From positions 5,280,001 to 5,344,000 of the forward strand of contig OZ223209.1 of NCBI GenBank assembly GCA_965140415.1: a DNA stretch of 64,000 nt. The letters are read 5' to 3'. A program made the position numbers and the translations under genes. Shown in pieces: positions 8,666 to 19,483 of the stretch. Origin of the DNA: Myxococcota bacterium (GTDB lineage: Bacteria > Myxococcota_A > SURF-8). Each line of letters begins with the position of its first letter. Position 1 is the first letter of the stretch. Under the pieces are notes generated by a model that worked only from the letters and a program-made list of their open reading frames with translations, was not told the origin of the DNA and made no database searches.

Positions 8666-11272
8666 ATGAAACGCCGCATCAATACCCACGAATTTCCACG
8701 TCGAATCGCATGGTTGTCATTGATTTTCCTGCTTTCGAGCCTGTTTTTCGCCTGCGGAGAATCAGCAGAAGACAATCCTGATCTGGCCATTGCCGGTCCG
8801 TTTGCGATTTACTACGGTCAGACCTCTCCGACGTTGTATACCAGCATGACAAGCGCTCAACAGGCTGCCGTATTGCAAATCAGCATTCAACGCTCCAACG
8901 GTACCTATTCCTGCTCCGGCGCGCTGATCGCTCCGCGTGTCGTTCTGACTGCCGCCCACTGCGTCACGGAAAACGGCTCGAATCTTTCCGCAGGCAGCTT
9001 CACGGTGCATATCGGTTCGAACAGCTACTATCCGGACTACACCCTGCGACCGATGGCGATGTTCCGGCATCCTTCCTACAATCCCAACGATTACCGCTCG
9101 GAACGCCACGATGTGGCCGTGTTGATTCTGTCGAGCGCATTCAACAACGCCACACCACTGCCGATCAAGCGCGGCGGACTGGACGGGCTGGACGGCCACA
9201 ACAGCCAGGCGGTCGGCTTCGGTCGCACGCAATCGACGGATTACAACACCCAACGTTACTGGACAACCCTGCCGGTGGAATTCGTCGGCTGGGATTTCAT
9301 CGTGACCAACGGCCAGGGCTCCACCGGCATCGCGTCGGGCGACTCGGGTGGTCCATTGTTGTACAACTTCGGTTCGGGCGTACAGGTCGTCGGCGTCAAC
9401 AGCACCGGAATGGAATCCTCCGTGGATTATTCCTTCCAGGCTTCGGTGCACACCAACGAACAGTGGATTCAGCAGTATGTAGACACTTACAGCCCGGATA
9501 GCTGCACCAGCACTTGCAGCAACGTGGATTGCGGCACTTACCAGGGCTGCAACTGCGGCAGTTGCGCCTACGATGAACAGTGCAGCAGCAACCAGTGCGT
9601 CGATCTCGAAGGTCGCGGGGGCGGCTGCGTGAACATCGAAAGCTCCGGCACCCAGTGCACCACTACCGCCGATTGCAGCGCAGGTAAAATCTGTGCAACC
9701 TATGGCACGTCACGCGCTTGTGTGGATCGTTGCGAACCGCGCGCCTGCTCCGACCGGGACAACTCCAGCTTCTGCTACGGCTTCAACGGCGGAGACGTCA
9801 AGGTCTGCCTGGAAAGTTCCGCTCCCATCAGTAATTGTGCCAGCCAACAGGATGGTATGCCCTGTACCACGCCCGACGGCCATGCAGGGGTCTGCTTCCA
9901 GTTGTATAGCGGCGACTCCAAACGTTGCTATGAATACTGCGACGTGGTGGAAAACTGCGCTGATGGAACGGGTTGCATCACGGACAACTGCGAATCCTGG
10001 TGCCAGGCAATGAACGCCGAATGCGGCGGCGAAACGGCGGGTTGCTATTGCGGCGCCTGCGGTACGGGTGAACGCTGCGTGGACTTGGAATGCGTTTCCG
10101 ACGATCAATGCGATACCATCTGTGAAGCGGTGGATTGCGGCAGTTACCAGGGTTGCGACTGCGGCAGCTGTCAGAGCGGCTATAGCTGCGAGGAAAACGA
10201 GTGCGTATACGACGGACCGGCTTCCTGTTCCGAATTGTGCCAGGCGGTGGACTGCGGCAGTTATCAGGGTTGCGATTGCGGTGGCTGTCAGACCGGCTAT
10301 CACTGCGAAGGCAACGACTGCATCCAGGATATCCCGACCTGCGCCGACCTCTGCGAGGACGTGGATTGCGGCAGCTACCAAGGCTGTAACTGCGGTGGAT
10401 GCGGAACCAACGAAAGCTGCATTGAAAACACTTGTGTGGCGGATACTCCCGATTGTACCCAACTGTGCAGCGATGTGGATTGCGGCAGCTACCAAGGCTG
10501 TGACTGCGGTGGATGCGGAACCAACGAAAGCTGCATTGAAAATGCCTGTGTGGCGGATACTCCCGATTGTACCCAACTGTGCAGCGATGTGGATTGCGGC
10601 AGCTATCAGGGTTGCGACTGCGGAGAATGCGATGCCGGGAGTAGCTGCACGGAAAACCAATGCGTTCCCGACGATCCAAGTTGTGTGGACACCTGCAACG
10701 GCGTCGAATGCGGCACGGTGAGTGGCTGCAACTGCGGCAACTGCCAGGATGGCTATCATTGTGAAAACAACGTCTGCGTAGAGGGCGAACCGGACTGCAC
10801 GAGTATCTGCCAGGATCGCGAATGCGGCGAAACGGATGGTTGCAATTGCGGTTCATGTGCAGACGATGAAAGCTGCGTGGAAGGCGTATGCGAAGCGAAC
10901 GGCACCTGCGAACCGAATTGCGCCGGGAAGCAATGCGGCGATAACGGCTGCGGTGGCGTGTGCGGCGCCTGCTGGGTAGGCTACCAATGTGTGAACTATC
11001 AGTGCGTAGAGCAAGGCGTCTGCTTTGCAGAATGCTCCGGGCGCGAGTGTGGTGATGACGGCTGCGGCGGTTCCTGCGGTGAATGCGACTCGGACGAAAC
11101 ATGCAGCAGTTCCGGTATCTGCGAAGAAAAAAATACTAACGATGAAGATGACGACGGTGGTTCCGGCGGCGGCTGTCAGAATAGTTCCTCCGCTTCCGGT
11201 ATGATGCTGCTGTTGTTCTTCTTCCTGATCGGTTTCCGGCGCAGACTCACACACACCGGTTTTACAAAATAG
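8666..11272 (+). CDS. Trypsin-like (S1) serine protease with Cys-rich repeats and MYXO-CTERM-like tail
   Basis: FFAC lipobox, LTAAHC / HDVAVL / GDSGGP triad, 38-aa Cys repeats, GGGCQ..hydrophobic..RRR tail. Confidence 0.9.
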   Translation: MKRRINTHEFPRRIAWLSLIFLLSSLFFACGESAEDNPDLAIAGPFAIYYGQTSPTLYTSMTSAQQAAVLQISIQRSNGTYSCSGALIAPRVVLTAAHCVTENGSNLSAGSFTVHIGSNSYYPDYTLRPMAMFRHPSYNPNDYRSERHDVAVLILSSAFNNATPLPIKRGGLDGLDGHNSQAVGFGRTQSTDYNTQRYWTTLPVEFVGWDFIVTNGQGSTGIASGDSGGPLLYNFGSGVQVVGVNSTGMESSVDYSFQASVHTNEQWIQQYVDTYSPDSCTSTCSNVDCGTYQGCNCGSCAYDEQCSSNQCVDLEGRGGGCVNIESSGTQCTTTADCSAGKICATYGTSRACVDRCEPRACSDRDNSSFCYGFNGGDVKVCLESSAPISNCASQQDGMPCTTPDGHAGVCFQLYSGDSKRCYEYCDVVENCADGTGCITDNCESWCQAMNAECGGETAGCYCGACGTGERCVDLECVSDDQCDTICEAVDCGSYQGCDCGSCQSGYSCEENECVYDGPASCSELCQAVDCGSYQGCDCGGCQTGYHCEGNDCIQDIPTCADLCEDVDCGSYQGCNCGGCGTNESCIENTCVADTPDCTQLCSDVDCGSYQGCDCGGCGTNESCIENACVADTPDCTQLCSDVDCGSYQGCDCGECDAGSSCTENQCVPDDPSCVDTCNGVECGTVSGCNCGNCQDGYHCENNVCVEGEPDCTSICQDRECGETDGCNCGSCADDESCVEGVCEANGTCEPNCAGKQCGDNGCGGVCGACWVGYQCVNYQCVEQGVCFAECSGRECGDDGCGGSCGECDSDETCSSSGICEEKNTNDEDDDGGSGGGCQNSSSASGMMLLLFFFLIGFRRRLTHTGFTK

Positions 11273-11382
11273 TAAGACTATTAAAGGTTGTCTTAGGCAA
11301 CCTCTATAAAAATCCTGTTACCATCAACCCCAGGTCGTATTCCCCAATCGTTCGGATCGGCCAATCAAGCACGAGGTCAAGT

Positions 11383-14300
11383 ATGTTGCAACCACTGATA
11401 ATTCGGAAAAACCGTGCACTCTCGTCCGTAATCGTAATGATTTTCCTGCTTTTACCTTTCGCCTGTACAAATGGCGACTTCGTTGAAAAGCCGACCGATC
11501 CACCGCAAACCAGCGATCCGGCCACTCCGGCAACCGAAAACACCGGTACCTTGATGGCCGCTCCACGACCGATCTACTACGGGCAGACTTCACCAACCCT
11601 GTATACCAGTATGACAACCAGTCAACAGAATGCCGTGATGGCGCTCTGGAATACGACCTATAATTACGGCTTCTGTACCTCAACGCTGATTTCCCCGCAC
11701 GTTGTTCTGACTGCGGCCCATTGCGTGGTACAGGACGGATATCAATTGAGCCCAAGCGAAATCACGGTGCGCGTTGGCAGTAATGCCGCCAGTCCCATCG
11801 CCACGCTCTACCCTTCGGCGATTCACGTTAAAACCGGTTACAGCCCCAGCACTTACGATGCAGACACCGCCAACGATGTGGCCGTGCTGATTTTATCTTC
11901 CGGCTATACCGGCGTCACGCCGATTCCGATCAAGCAGAACGGCTTGAGCGGCTTGAGCGGTCACAGTGCGCAGTCGGTCGGCTACGGTCGCACGCAAAAC
12001 AACGACAACAACAACATCCGTTATTGGACCACCATGCCGGTGGAATACGTGAGCAACTCCTATGTCGAAGTCAACGGCAGCGGCTCCACCGGTCTGGCTC
12101 CCGGCGATTCGGGCGGTCCGTTGCTGTACAATTTCGGCTCCGGTCTCCGGGTGGTCGGTGCGGCTTCTACTTCCGAAGAGGGCTGGGTATACCATGGTTA
12201 TTACGCGCCCTTGTCCAATAACGAGACTTGGATTCAAGCATTCGTCGATCAATACGACAACGCCGAATGCGTGGCGACTTGCCAGCAGGTCGAGTGCGGC
12301 TCGTATCAGGGCTGCGAATGTGGTTCCTGCTCGACCGGCGAAATATGCCAGAGCAATCAGTGCGAGGAAATTCAGGCCGGAACCGGTGGAGCCTGCGTTA
12401 CCCTATCGCCCAGCGGAACGGAATGCTCCAGCGACTCCGAGTGCGGCTCGGGTGCGATGTGCGTACAATATCAGGGCGGTTCCAGCGAATGCGGCGAGGA
12501 ATGCGGCCCCGAAGCCTGCTCGCCCAACGATTCCGCCTCGTTCTGCTACCCCTTCAACAACGGCGAAATCAGCTTATGCCTGGAGGATTCCCCGGAAAGC
12601 TGCCCGCAGGAAGGTTATTCCTGCACCACCAGCGATAACCGCAGCGGCGTCTGTACCCAGGTGTATCAGGATGGTCCCATCGGTTGTTACACCTACTGCA
12701 CGCCGGTCGTAACCTGTCCGCAGGGAACGGCCTGCCTTCCCATGCAGCCCACCGACTGCACAAGTTGGTGCGAGGACAATGGTCTCGAATGCGATGGTGA
12801 GCAATTCGGTTGCGACTGCGGCCAGTGCGGCTCGAATGAAGTTTGCGACAACTTCAGTTGCCGTCCCTACGGCAGTTGCGGCGAACTTCCCATGGCCGGT
12901 TGCTGTGCAGGCGATACCTTGCGCTATTGCTACAACGGCGAACCGGGCGAGATCGACTGCGGCTCGCAGGGTTGCGGCTGGCAGGACAGCCAGGGCTACA
13001 CCTGCGGAGGCTCGGGAGAAAACGAAACCTACCCGATCGACTGCCCCACTCCCGATTGCTCGGCGCATTGCCAGGAAGTGGAATGCGGCGATTTCGTCGG
13101 CTGCGACTGCGGCAGCTGCGGGAGTGGTTATCACTGTGACGATAACACCTGCGTACAGGACGCACCCGGCTGCGATGTATTGTGCCAGCAGGTGGATTGC
13201 GGTTCGTACGAGGGTTGTGAATGCGGGCTCTGTCCCACCAATTACACCTGCGAAAGCAACACCTGCGTCGCTAACTGCGAGCGCATGTGCTACGACGTGG
13301 ACTGCGGCAGCTATCATGGTTGCGATTGCGGCGGCTGCGAGAGCGGTTATAGCTGCGTAAGCAACACCTGCACCCCCGACGGTCCCGACTGCTCCTCTCT
13401 TTGTGAAGACGTGGATTGCGGCAGCTACCAGGGTTGCGATTGCGGCGGCTGTCAGAGCGGTTATAGCTGCGTAAGCAACACTTGCACTCCAGACGGTCCC
13501 GACTGCGCCTCTTACTGCGAAGATGTGGATTGCGGCAGCTATCAGGGTTGCGATTGCGGCGGCTGTGAGAGCGGTTATAGCTGCGTGGAAAACACCTGCA
13601 CCCCAGACGGTCCCGACTGCACCTCCTACTGCGAAGACGTGGATTGCGGCAGCTACCAGGGTTGCAACTGCGGCGACTGTCAGAATGGCTATAGTTGCGT
13701 GGAAAACACCTGCACCCCAGACGGTCCCGACTGCACCGCCTTATGCAGCGATGTGGAATGTGGCAGTTACCAGGGTTGCGATTGCGGCGGCTGTGCAACG
13801 GGCACGCATTGCGAATCCAATGTCTGCGTGGACGATCTGCCTACCTGCGATGAAGTGTGCGAAGCGGTAGACTGCGGTAGCTACATGGGTTGTACCTGTG
13901 GTAGTTGTCAGAATGGCTATCACTGTGCGGAAAATGCCTGCGTCGAAGACGCCGCCACCTGCACGGATATCTGTCAGGGCATCGAATGCGGCGACGTGCA
14001 GGACTGCAACTGCGGCGTTTGCGGCGACAAGCAGGAATGCAGAGAGCAGCTCTGTGTGGACGTGACCCAGTGTTCGGAGGTTTGTGCCGATGTACAATGC
14101 GGCGTGATCGGAGACTGTCAATGCGGTTCCTGCCCGCAGGATACCTATTGTGAGAACGGATACTGCAAGCAGGGCGTCTGCGAGCCGGATTGCAACGAAC
14201 GCGCTTGCGGCGACGACGGCTGCGGCAATAGCTGCGGCTGGTGCGAAGACGGTAAAACCTGTAACGACGAAAACGGCCAGTGCGAAGAGCCGGTTTGTGT

Positions 14301-14661
14301 TGCCGACTGCCAGAACAAGAACTGCGGCGACGACGGCTGCGGCGGTTCCTGCGGAACCTGTTTGACGAACCAGCTCTGCCAGTCCGGAGTCTGCGTCGCT
14401 CCTCCCGCGACCTGCACGCCTCAGTGTCTGGGCAAGGTTTGCGGTGACGACGGCTGCGGTGGCTCCTGTGGAAGCTGCGGCGACGACGAACGCTGCTCCA
14501 ACGTTGGCAAATGCGTTTCAACCGATGACGACGGCAACAACGAAGATCCTACAGACGGCTCCGGCAGCGGTTGCCGCCAGAGCGACTCCCCCATGATAGG
14601 CTGGATGTTGCTGATGTTGCTCGGCCTTGTCGGACTCAGAAGAAAATCGATGCTGCACTAA
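11383..14661 (+). CDS. Paralogous S1 serine protease with longer Cys-rich repeat stalk and MYXO-CTERM-like tail
   Basis: LPFAC lipobox, LTAAHC / NDVAVL / GDSGGP, GSGCRQ..LRRK tail. Confidence 0.9.
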   Translation: MLQPLIIRKNRALSSVIVMIFLLLPFACTNGDFVEKPTDPPQTSDPATPATENTGTLMAAPRPIYYGQTSPTLYTSMTTSQQNAVMALWNTTYNYGFCTSTLISPHVVLTAAHCVVQDGYQLSPSEITVRVGSNAASPIATLYPSAIHVKTGYSPSTYDADTANDVAVLILSSGYTGVTPIPIKQNGLSGLSGHSAQSVGYGRTQNNDNNNIRYWTTMPVEYVSNSYVEVNGSGSTGLAPGDSGGPLLYNFGSGLRVVGAASTSEEGWVYHGYYAPLSNNETWIQAFVDQYDNAECVATCQQVECGSYQGCECGSCSTGEICQSNQCEEIQAGTGGACVTLSPSGTECSSDSECGSGAMCVQYQGGSSECGEECGPEACSPNDSASFCYPFNNGEISLCLEDSPESCPQEGYSCTTSDNRSGVCTQVYQDGPIGCYTYCTPVVTCPQGTACLPMQPTDCTSWCEDNGLECDGEQFGCDCGQCGSNEVCDNFSCRPYGSCGELPMAGCCAGDTLRYCYNGEPGEIDCGSQGCGWQDSQGYTCGGSGENETYPIDCPTPDCSAHCQEVECGDFVGCDCGSCGSGYHCDDNTCVQDAPGCDVLCQQVDCGSYEGCECGLCPTNYTCESNTCVANCERMCYDVDCGSYHGCDCGGCESGYSCVSNTCTPDGPDCSSLCEDVDCGSYQGCDCGGCQSGYSCVSNTCTPDGPDCASYCEDVDCGSYQGCDCGGCESGYSCVENTCTPDGPDCTSYCEDVDCGSYQGCNCGDCQNGYSCVENTCTPDGPDCTALCSDVECGSYQGCDCGGCATGTHCESNVCVDDLPTCDEVCEAVDCGSYMGCTCGSCQNGYHCAENACVEDAATCTDICQGIECGDVQDCNCGVCGDKQECREQLCVDVTQCSEVCADVQCGVIGDCQCGSCPQDTYCENGYCKQGVCEPDCNERACGDDGCGNSCGWCEDGKTCNDENGQCEEPVCVADCQNKNCGDDGCGGSCGTCLTNQLCQSGVCVAPPATCTPQCLGKVCGDDGCGGSCGSCGDDERCSNVGKCVSTDDDGNNEDPTDGSGSGCRQSDSPMIGWMLLMLLGLVGLRRKSMLH

Positions 14662-14683
14662 GCATTACTATACCAGTAACCGA

Positions 14684-14745
14684 GTCGGACAGATATTCTG
14701 TCCGACATGAATTGGATTGTCGGTCAGAAAATCTGACCGACCTAC
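14684..14745. repeat. GTAG-type REP doublet (family C)
   Basis: GTCGGACAGA-tat-TCTGTCCGAC and GTCGGTCAGA-aaa-TCTGACCGAC-CTAC. Confidence 0.75.
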
Positions 14746-14766
14746 AGCCTACAGCCTGATTCCATG

Positions 14767-14901
14767 AATGTGTGGCATAGTCTTACGCGATCGAAGATCG
14801 TGGAAGGCTGTGTGTCTTCAATAAGTTACACACGGCCTCCCGGAATTTCCATTCCGTGAGACCATGGCACATCGTGATTGCTCGATGGACAGAAATGAGT
14901 A
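14767..14901. repeat. 135-bp palindromic repeat, family B (REPIN/MITE-like)
   Basis: 4 mismatches versus 27153-27287; nested inverted arms. Confidence 0.9.
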
Positions 14902-14911
14902 TTACCTAACT

Positions 14912-16105
14912 CTAATCGCTTAAGCGATCGTGCACTTCCCGAATATCGATAATGGCGGCCATGAAGGCTTCCACACAGGCCGGATCGAAATGCTTGCCGG
15001 ATTCCTCTTTGACGATTTTCAGCACCTCGTGGAACGGCACGGCATCCTTGTAACAGCGCTTGGAGGCAATCGCATCGAATACGTCCGCCAGCGCCACGAT
15101 GCGCCCCGCCAGCGGGATATCTTCGCCCTCTAATTGATTCGGGTATCCCGACCCATTCCATTTTTCATGGTGGGTGCGGGCGATCTGTTCGCACATCTGA
15201 ATAATCGGGGAATCCGAACCGCTCATGATCTGCGCACCGATTTCCGCGTGCGTCTGCATAACGGAACGTTCCTGATCGGTCAAGCGATCCGGTTTGAGCA
15301 GAATCACGTCGGGAATGCCGATTTTGCCGATATCGTGCAGGGGACTGGCAGCGGTAATCATCTCCTGGTACAACTCGTTCTTACCCAGATTGCGCGCGAT
15401 GATACGTGAATATTCACTCACGCGGCGAACGTGATTCCCGGTTTCGTTGTCCCGATATTCGATGGCGGCTGAAAGCCGCAGGATGGTGTCGTAGTGGGTC
15501 TGCTTGAGTTCTTCTGTCAGTTGCGCGTTGCGAATGGCCACGGCAGCCTGACTTGCCACCGCCTGAACCAGCGGAATGATTTCCTGCGGATAAGCAATGG
15601 TCGCACCGCTGGAATCCTGGTGGTTGATCAGTTGCAGAACGCCGACAAGATCCCCTTCCGGGTCCAGCATGGGAACCGTTAGAATCGATTTGGTCTTGTA
15701 ATTGTTCTGCTGATCGAAGGTCTTGCTATGCTCGTATGGCTTGCCAGGCGGCAGGTGGTAGGCATCTTCGATCATTTCGACGACTTTGAACAAGGCCACG
15801 TACCCGGCAATGCTGCTGGTAGTGATGGGAATGGAATGCTCCCGAAACACCGTGCGCGAAATGGTGGAATTGGGATTGTTGTTCAAGCTGTCGCACTGGC
15901 TCACCAGAAAACGCAGGCTGTTGTCTTTTTCACGAATATACAGACTTCCCGCATCGCTGTTGGTCAACTGACGCGCTTCGCGAGTGATCAACTTCAGTGT
16001 TTCTTTAAGTCCGTATGCGGAAGAAAGGGAAATTCCGATCTGGATCAGTTTTGCCAGAATCTGCTGATCGTAATACTCTCGATCATCTAAAACTTTTTTC
16101 TTCAT
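14912..16105 (-). CDS. GAF + HD-GYP cyclic-dinucleotide phosphodiesterase
   Basis: GAF domain; LHDIGKIG, HHEKWNGSGYP, ADVFDA. Confidence 0.92.
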   Translation of the reverse strand: MKKKVLDDREYYDQQILAKLIQIGISLSSAYGLKETLKLITREARQLTNSDAGSLYIREKDNSLRFLVSQCDSLNNNPNSTISRTVFREHSIPITTSSIAGYVALFKVVEMIEDAYHLPPGKPYEHSKTFDQQNNYKTKSILTVPMLDPEGDLVGVLQLINHQDSSGATIAYPQEIIPLVQAVASQAAVAIRNAQLTEELKQTHYDTILRLSAAIEYRDNETGNHVRRVSEYSRIIARNLGKNELYQEMITAASPLHDIGKIGIPDVILLKPDRLTDQERSVMQTHAEIGAQIMSGSDSPIIQMCEQIARTHHEKWNGSGYPNQLEGEDIPLAGRIVALADVFDAIASKRCYKDAVPFHEVLKIVKEESGKHFDPACVEAFMAAIIDIREVHDRLSD

Positions 16106-16432
16106 CTACCGCTCTTTCAAAAACCGTACTTTCCAGGTTGTTTTTTTAGTAAAGAGATCCATCTCATCGACTTTGCTCTAATCAAATTCAGGATCTCCAT
16201 CACCCCTTCAGTATACCCCATTTCATACCACCGGGTAAACAGAAAGATTCCGCCAGCTTAAGCGTACATCAAAATCTAACGGGCGAAAACGAGTCGATCT
16301 GCATTTTAGAATCACGTTTCGATAGACATAGCTATCCACTTCATGCCTTTTCGCGCTGCGATGCCAATACAAGACAAACTCATCGTCGCACTGTTACAAA
16401 GACGCTCAATCCCCCACATTCATTCCAATATT

Positions 16433-19147
16433 TTAATATCCGGGAACGCAGCACTCCGCCTGTAAACCGAGAATGCTCGGGCATCCTGCCGTGTCCAGGA
16501 ACTCGAAGTAACCCTCATCGCAACCACCAAACGCCATGTTGCAATAGCCACCAAGACGCTGGCAGGTTACCGTTCCGGCCTGGGCGCAGCAGATCGGGGT
16601 GCCCATACCGTCACAGACCGCATCCGAGGGTGTAAAGCCATCCAGGCAATCATTGCTCAGATAATTGCAATATCCGTGCTGCTGCTGGCAATCGAGCATC
16701 TGCTCGGTACATTGGCCGCTGGCTTCATCGCAGACGGTGTTTTCGTAATAGCTCATCTCGGACTCGCACATGCCCTGCCAATTGCAGTAAAATCCCTCCT
16801 GCACACACCCCGACATCTCATTGTAGCAATAAGATTCTCCACACTCCCGATCGGAGGTGCATTGCTGGCTGTACGGCTCGCAGCGACCCGTGGATGGATC
16901 GCACACCGCTTCCGGGTAATCCCAAATGGCGATCTCGCATTGTCCGTTTTCACACACAGGAACTTCCTCGAAACAGAAGCCCGGTTCATCGCCGAAGCAC
17001 TTGGCGGCGCCACATTCCCGATCGGACGTGCATTGCTCGCCGTAAGGGACACACAAACCGCTCTGATAATCGCAGGCCCCATCCACGGTGCCATTGGGCC
17101 ACTGCGTACATTGGCCGTAGCGGCAGGCGGGCATTCGCTGCAAGCACAGTCCGTCTTCCGTATCGATACAGGTCGGGTCGCCGCATTGTGAAGCGGAAAC
17201 GCAATACGTGGTCTCGATGATACAGCGCCCCCGGTTCACATTACAAACGCGATCCCGGAACCGGTCTTCAAAACTGATACAAGTTCCATTTGCGCAGTCG
17301 GGAACGGTTTCCACGCACCCACCATCGGCGGTCGTTTCACAATTCGGGTAGCCACACTGGCTGTCGTAAGAGCATTCCGGCGGATTGCTTTCCATGCAAC
17401 ACACACCGGAGGGATACTCGCAGCCCATCGGGTTGTTGATCGCCTGATATCCCGGCTGGCAGTTGGCGTTGGCATTGCAGTAGCCGCCCTCCATAATGCA
17501 TTCCGGGGGAGCGTAGGGCATGCAGCAATCCCCGCCGCCGTCCATGCAGGAATAGCGGTCGTCGGCAATGCTTCCCGGCGGGCAGGGCTGCATATAACCG
17601 GAGCAGATTCCCCCGGCTTCCTCACAATATTCCGGTATGGGAGGGAAGCAGCAGCCTTCGTTTTCGCCGTGGCATTCGTAATACACGCCGGAAGTCGACC
17701 ACCAGCCATCCGGGCATTGATAACCTTCGAAACATTCTCCGCCATGATCGAGACACTGCGGAGTGGTATTTCGACAACACTGGAGATCATCACTGCCGCA
17801 AGACAAATCAACCGGGTCCGTTGCGGAAGGACAAGGGGTGCCTCTCTGTACACACTCGCCACCCATTCCCTCGCAAACAGAAACATTATTGGGCATACAA
17901 CAATTTGCGTCGCAACCGAAAGGATTGTTGGTGGCAACCATTCCATCCGGGCACAAGCCATCTGGCCCGACGCAAACACCGCCTTTGGTTTCACATTCCG
18001 TCGGGTCGGGTTCACATTGCGCTGCGGGATTATCCACACATTCCCAATCCGGCGCACAACTTCCACGCTTGATCAAAGCTCCGCTACAGGAATCGAACCA
18101 ACCCTCACGCGCCGTGCCGATCTGCTCGCATTGCGCCTCACAGTTCAGACATTCGACATTGTCCAAAAGAATCTGCCCCGTGCAGGAATCCACCCAACTG
18201 CCAGCCCATACATCGTCCGGGACTTGCTGGTCTTCATACCAACTCATGCATTCTGGGGCGCATTCGCCGCCAACGCACTCGCATTCCAGAACCTGCTGGC
18301 CATCCGGGCAACTGTATGATGTGGCTTGTCCGACGCCGCAAATCGGCTCGTCGGGACAGGCCGCTTCCGGCATTGGTGTGCAGACCCAATGGTTGATGGT
18401 TTCGCAAACACAGCCTAAAACTTCCGTTCCATCCCAGCAGGTGTAGGGAGCGGAGTCACCCGGGCGGCATTCGAGCGGAGTGCAAGCGTCGTCGTAACAG
18501 AAGCTGTTCTCGCTTCGAGTCTGGAAGATGTCGCATTGCCCTCGCTGGCAATAAGGAATGTACTGGATACATGCCCTGCTGGTGACATCGGCGCAACTGG
18601 CCTCGCCGCAGTCGGCATCATTCACACACCAGTCCGCTGGGCGCGGGCAATCCTGATCGCAATTGCAGACGTTTTCCGGTCCGCTGCAAACGCCATTGCC
18701 ACAACGCGAACAGGTAAACATTGCCACCGGTGGGGAAACACATTCGCTTTGCAGATCGCCGGGGTCTTCAGGTTCATCGATACTGATCTCCACCAGCCCT
18801 TCACAGCAGCTGTCCCGACCGATGCTGCCTTGCTGGCCCAGTTCGATACATCTGGGATTAGGCACATCGCCATCGATCGGATTATCACCATCGATTGGAG
18901 GATCGCCATCGGTGTACCAATCGCCATCGACCGGCACATCGCCGTCCGGAATATCTCCATTTTCCAGGTCGCCATCGACAGCCACGCAAACCCCATTCTG
19001 GCATTGCAGACCGCTTGCACAATCCTCATCGCTTTCGCAAGCAGTCAAGTCGCCGTCGCCGGTCGATAACGAGCTGCTATCGCAACCCGCAAAACCAAGA
19101 ACGATCATTCCCGCCATCAGGGCCAAAAACCAAAATGAGGTTTTCAT
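16433..19147 (-). CDS. Large Cys-rich lipoprotein with defensin-like six-cysteine repeats
   Basis: FAGC lipobox, DGD linker, seven C-xxx-(G/H)G-x-C...C...C...CC units; RBS gggaga. Confidence 0.8.
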   Translation of the reverse strand: MKTSFWFLALMAGMIVLGFAGCDSSSLSTGDGDLTACESDEDCASGLQCQNGVCVAVDGDLENGDIPDGDVPVDGDWYTDGDPPIDGDNPIDGDVPNPRCIELGQQGSIGRDSCCEGLVEISIDEPEDPGDLQSECVSPPVAMFTCSRCGNGVCSGPENVCNCDQDCPRPADWCVNDADCGEASCADVTSRACIQYIPYCQRGQCDIFQTRSENSFCYDDACTPLECRPGDSAPYTCWDGTEVLGCVCETINHWVCTPMPEAACPDEPICGVGQATSYSCPDGQQVLECECVGGECAPECMSWYEDQQVPDDVWAGSWVDSCTGQILLDNVECLNCEAQCEQIGTAREGWFDSCSGALIKRGSCAPDWECVDNPAAQCEPDPTECETKGGVCVGPDGLCPDGMVATNNPFGCDANCCMPNNVSVCEGMGGECVQRGTPCPSATDPVDLSCGSDDLQCCRNTTPQCLDHGGECFEGYQCPDGWWSTSGVYYECHGENEGCCFPPIPEYCEEAGGICSGYMQPCPPGSIADDRYSCMDGGGDCCMPYAPPECIMEGGYCNANANCQPGYQAINNPMGCEYPSGVCCMESNPPECSYDSQCGYPNCETTADGGCVETVPDCANGTCISFEDRFRDRVCNVNRGRCIIETTYCVSASQCGDPTCIDTEDGLCLQRMPACRYGQCTQWPNGTVDGACDYQSGLCVPYGEQCTSDRECGAAKCFGDEPGFCFEEVPVCENGQCEIAIWDYPEAVCDPSTGRCEPYSQQCTSDRECGESYCYNEMSGCVQEGFYCNWQGMCESEMSYYENTVCDEASGQCTEQMLDCQQQHGYCNYLSNDCLDGFTPSDAVCDGMGTPICCAQAGTVTCQRLGGYCNMAFGGCDEGYFEFLDTAGCPSILGLQAECCVPGY

Positions 19148-19483
19148 GTTTGATCTCCCATGCAGTTCGTTCTGCATTCTCATTTCACTCTGTCGTTGTG
19201 TGTTCCATAAAAGGATTCACGTACAACTATAGCAAAACCCATACCGGATGCAATCCTTTCCGAAAGGATGTGGCATTCTATATTTTTGTATGATTTCAAC
19301 CAATTGGAGCGACGTCTACCGCAACGACGTACACGACCGGGCAAAACCTGTCAATTAAACCAGACAACCCCTGACGGCATTGTCATGTTTTGTAAGCGTT
19401 TCAGAAACGTTTCTTTGCCGAATACCCCAATGCAAGACACAGCCATTCAAGGGCTTATCGGGTTGCATGAAGCACCGTGAAAC

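Noticed and set aside
10358-13863. Regularly spaced 114-bp repeats as CRISPR or DGR template/variable repeats
   Set aside because: In-frame coding repeats; differences are not adenine-specific and there is no reverse transcriptase in the window.
19300-19480. Possible c-di-GMP riboswitch near the Cys-rich lipoprotein
   Set aside because: Only a GGCAAA word, on the strand opposite the gene; the paired stems and tetraloop/receptor could not be built.
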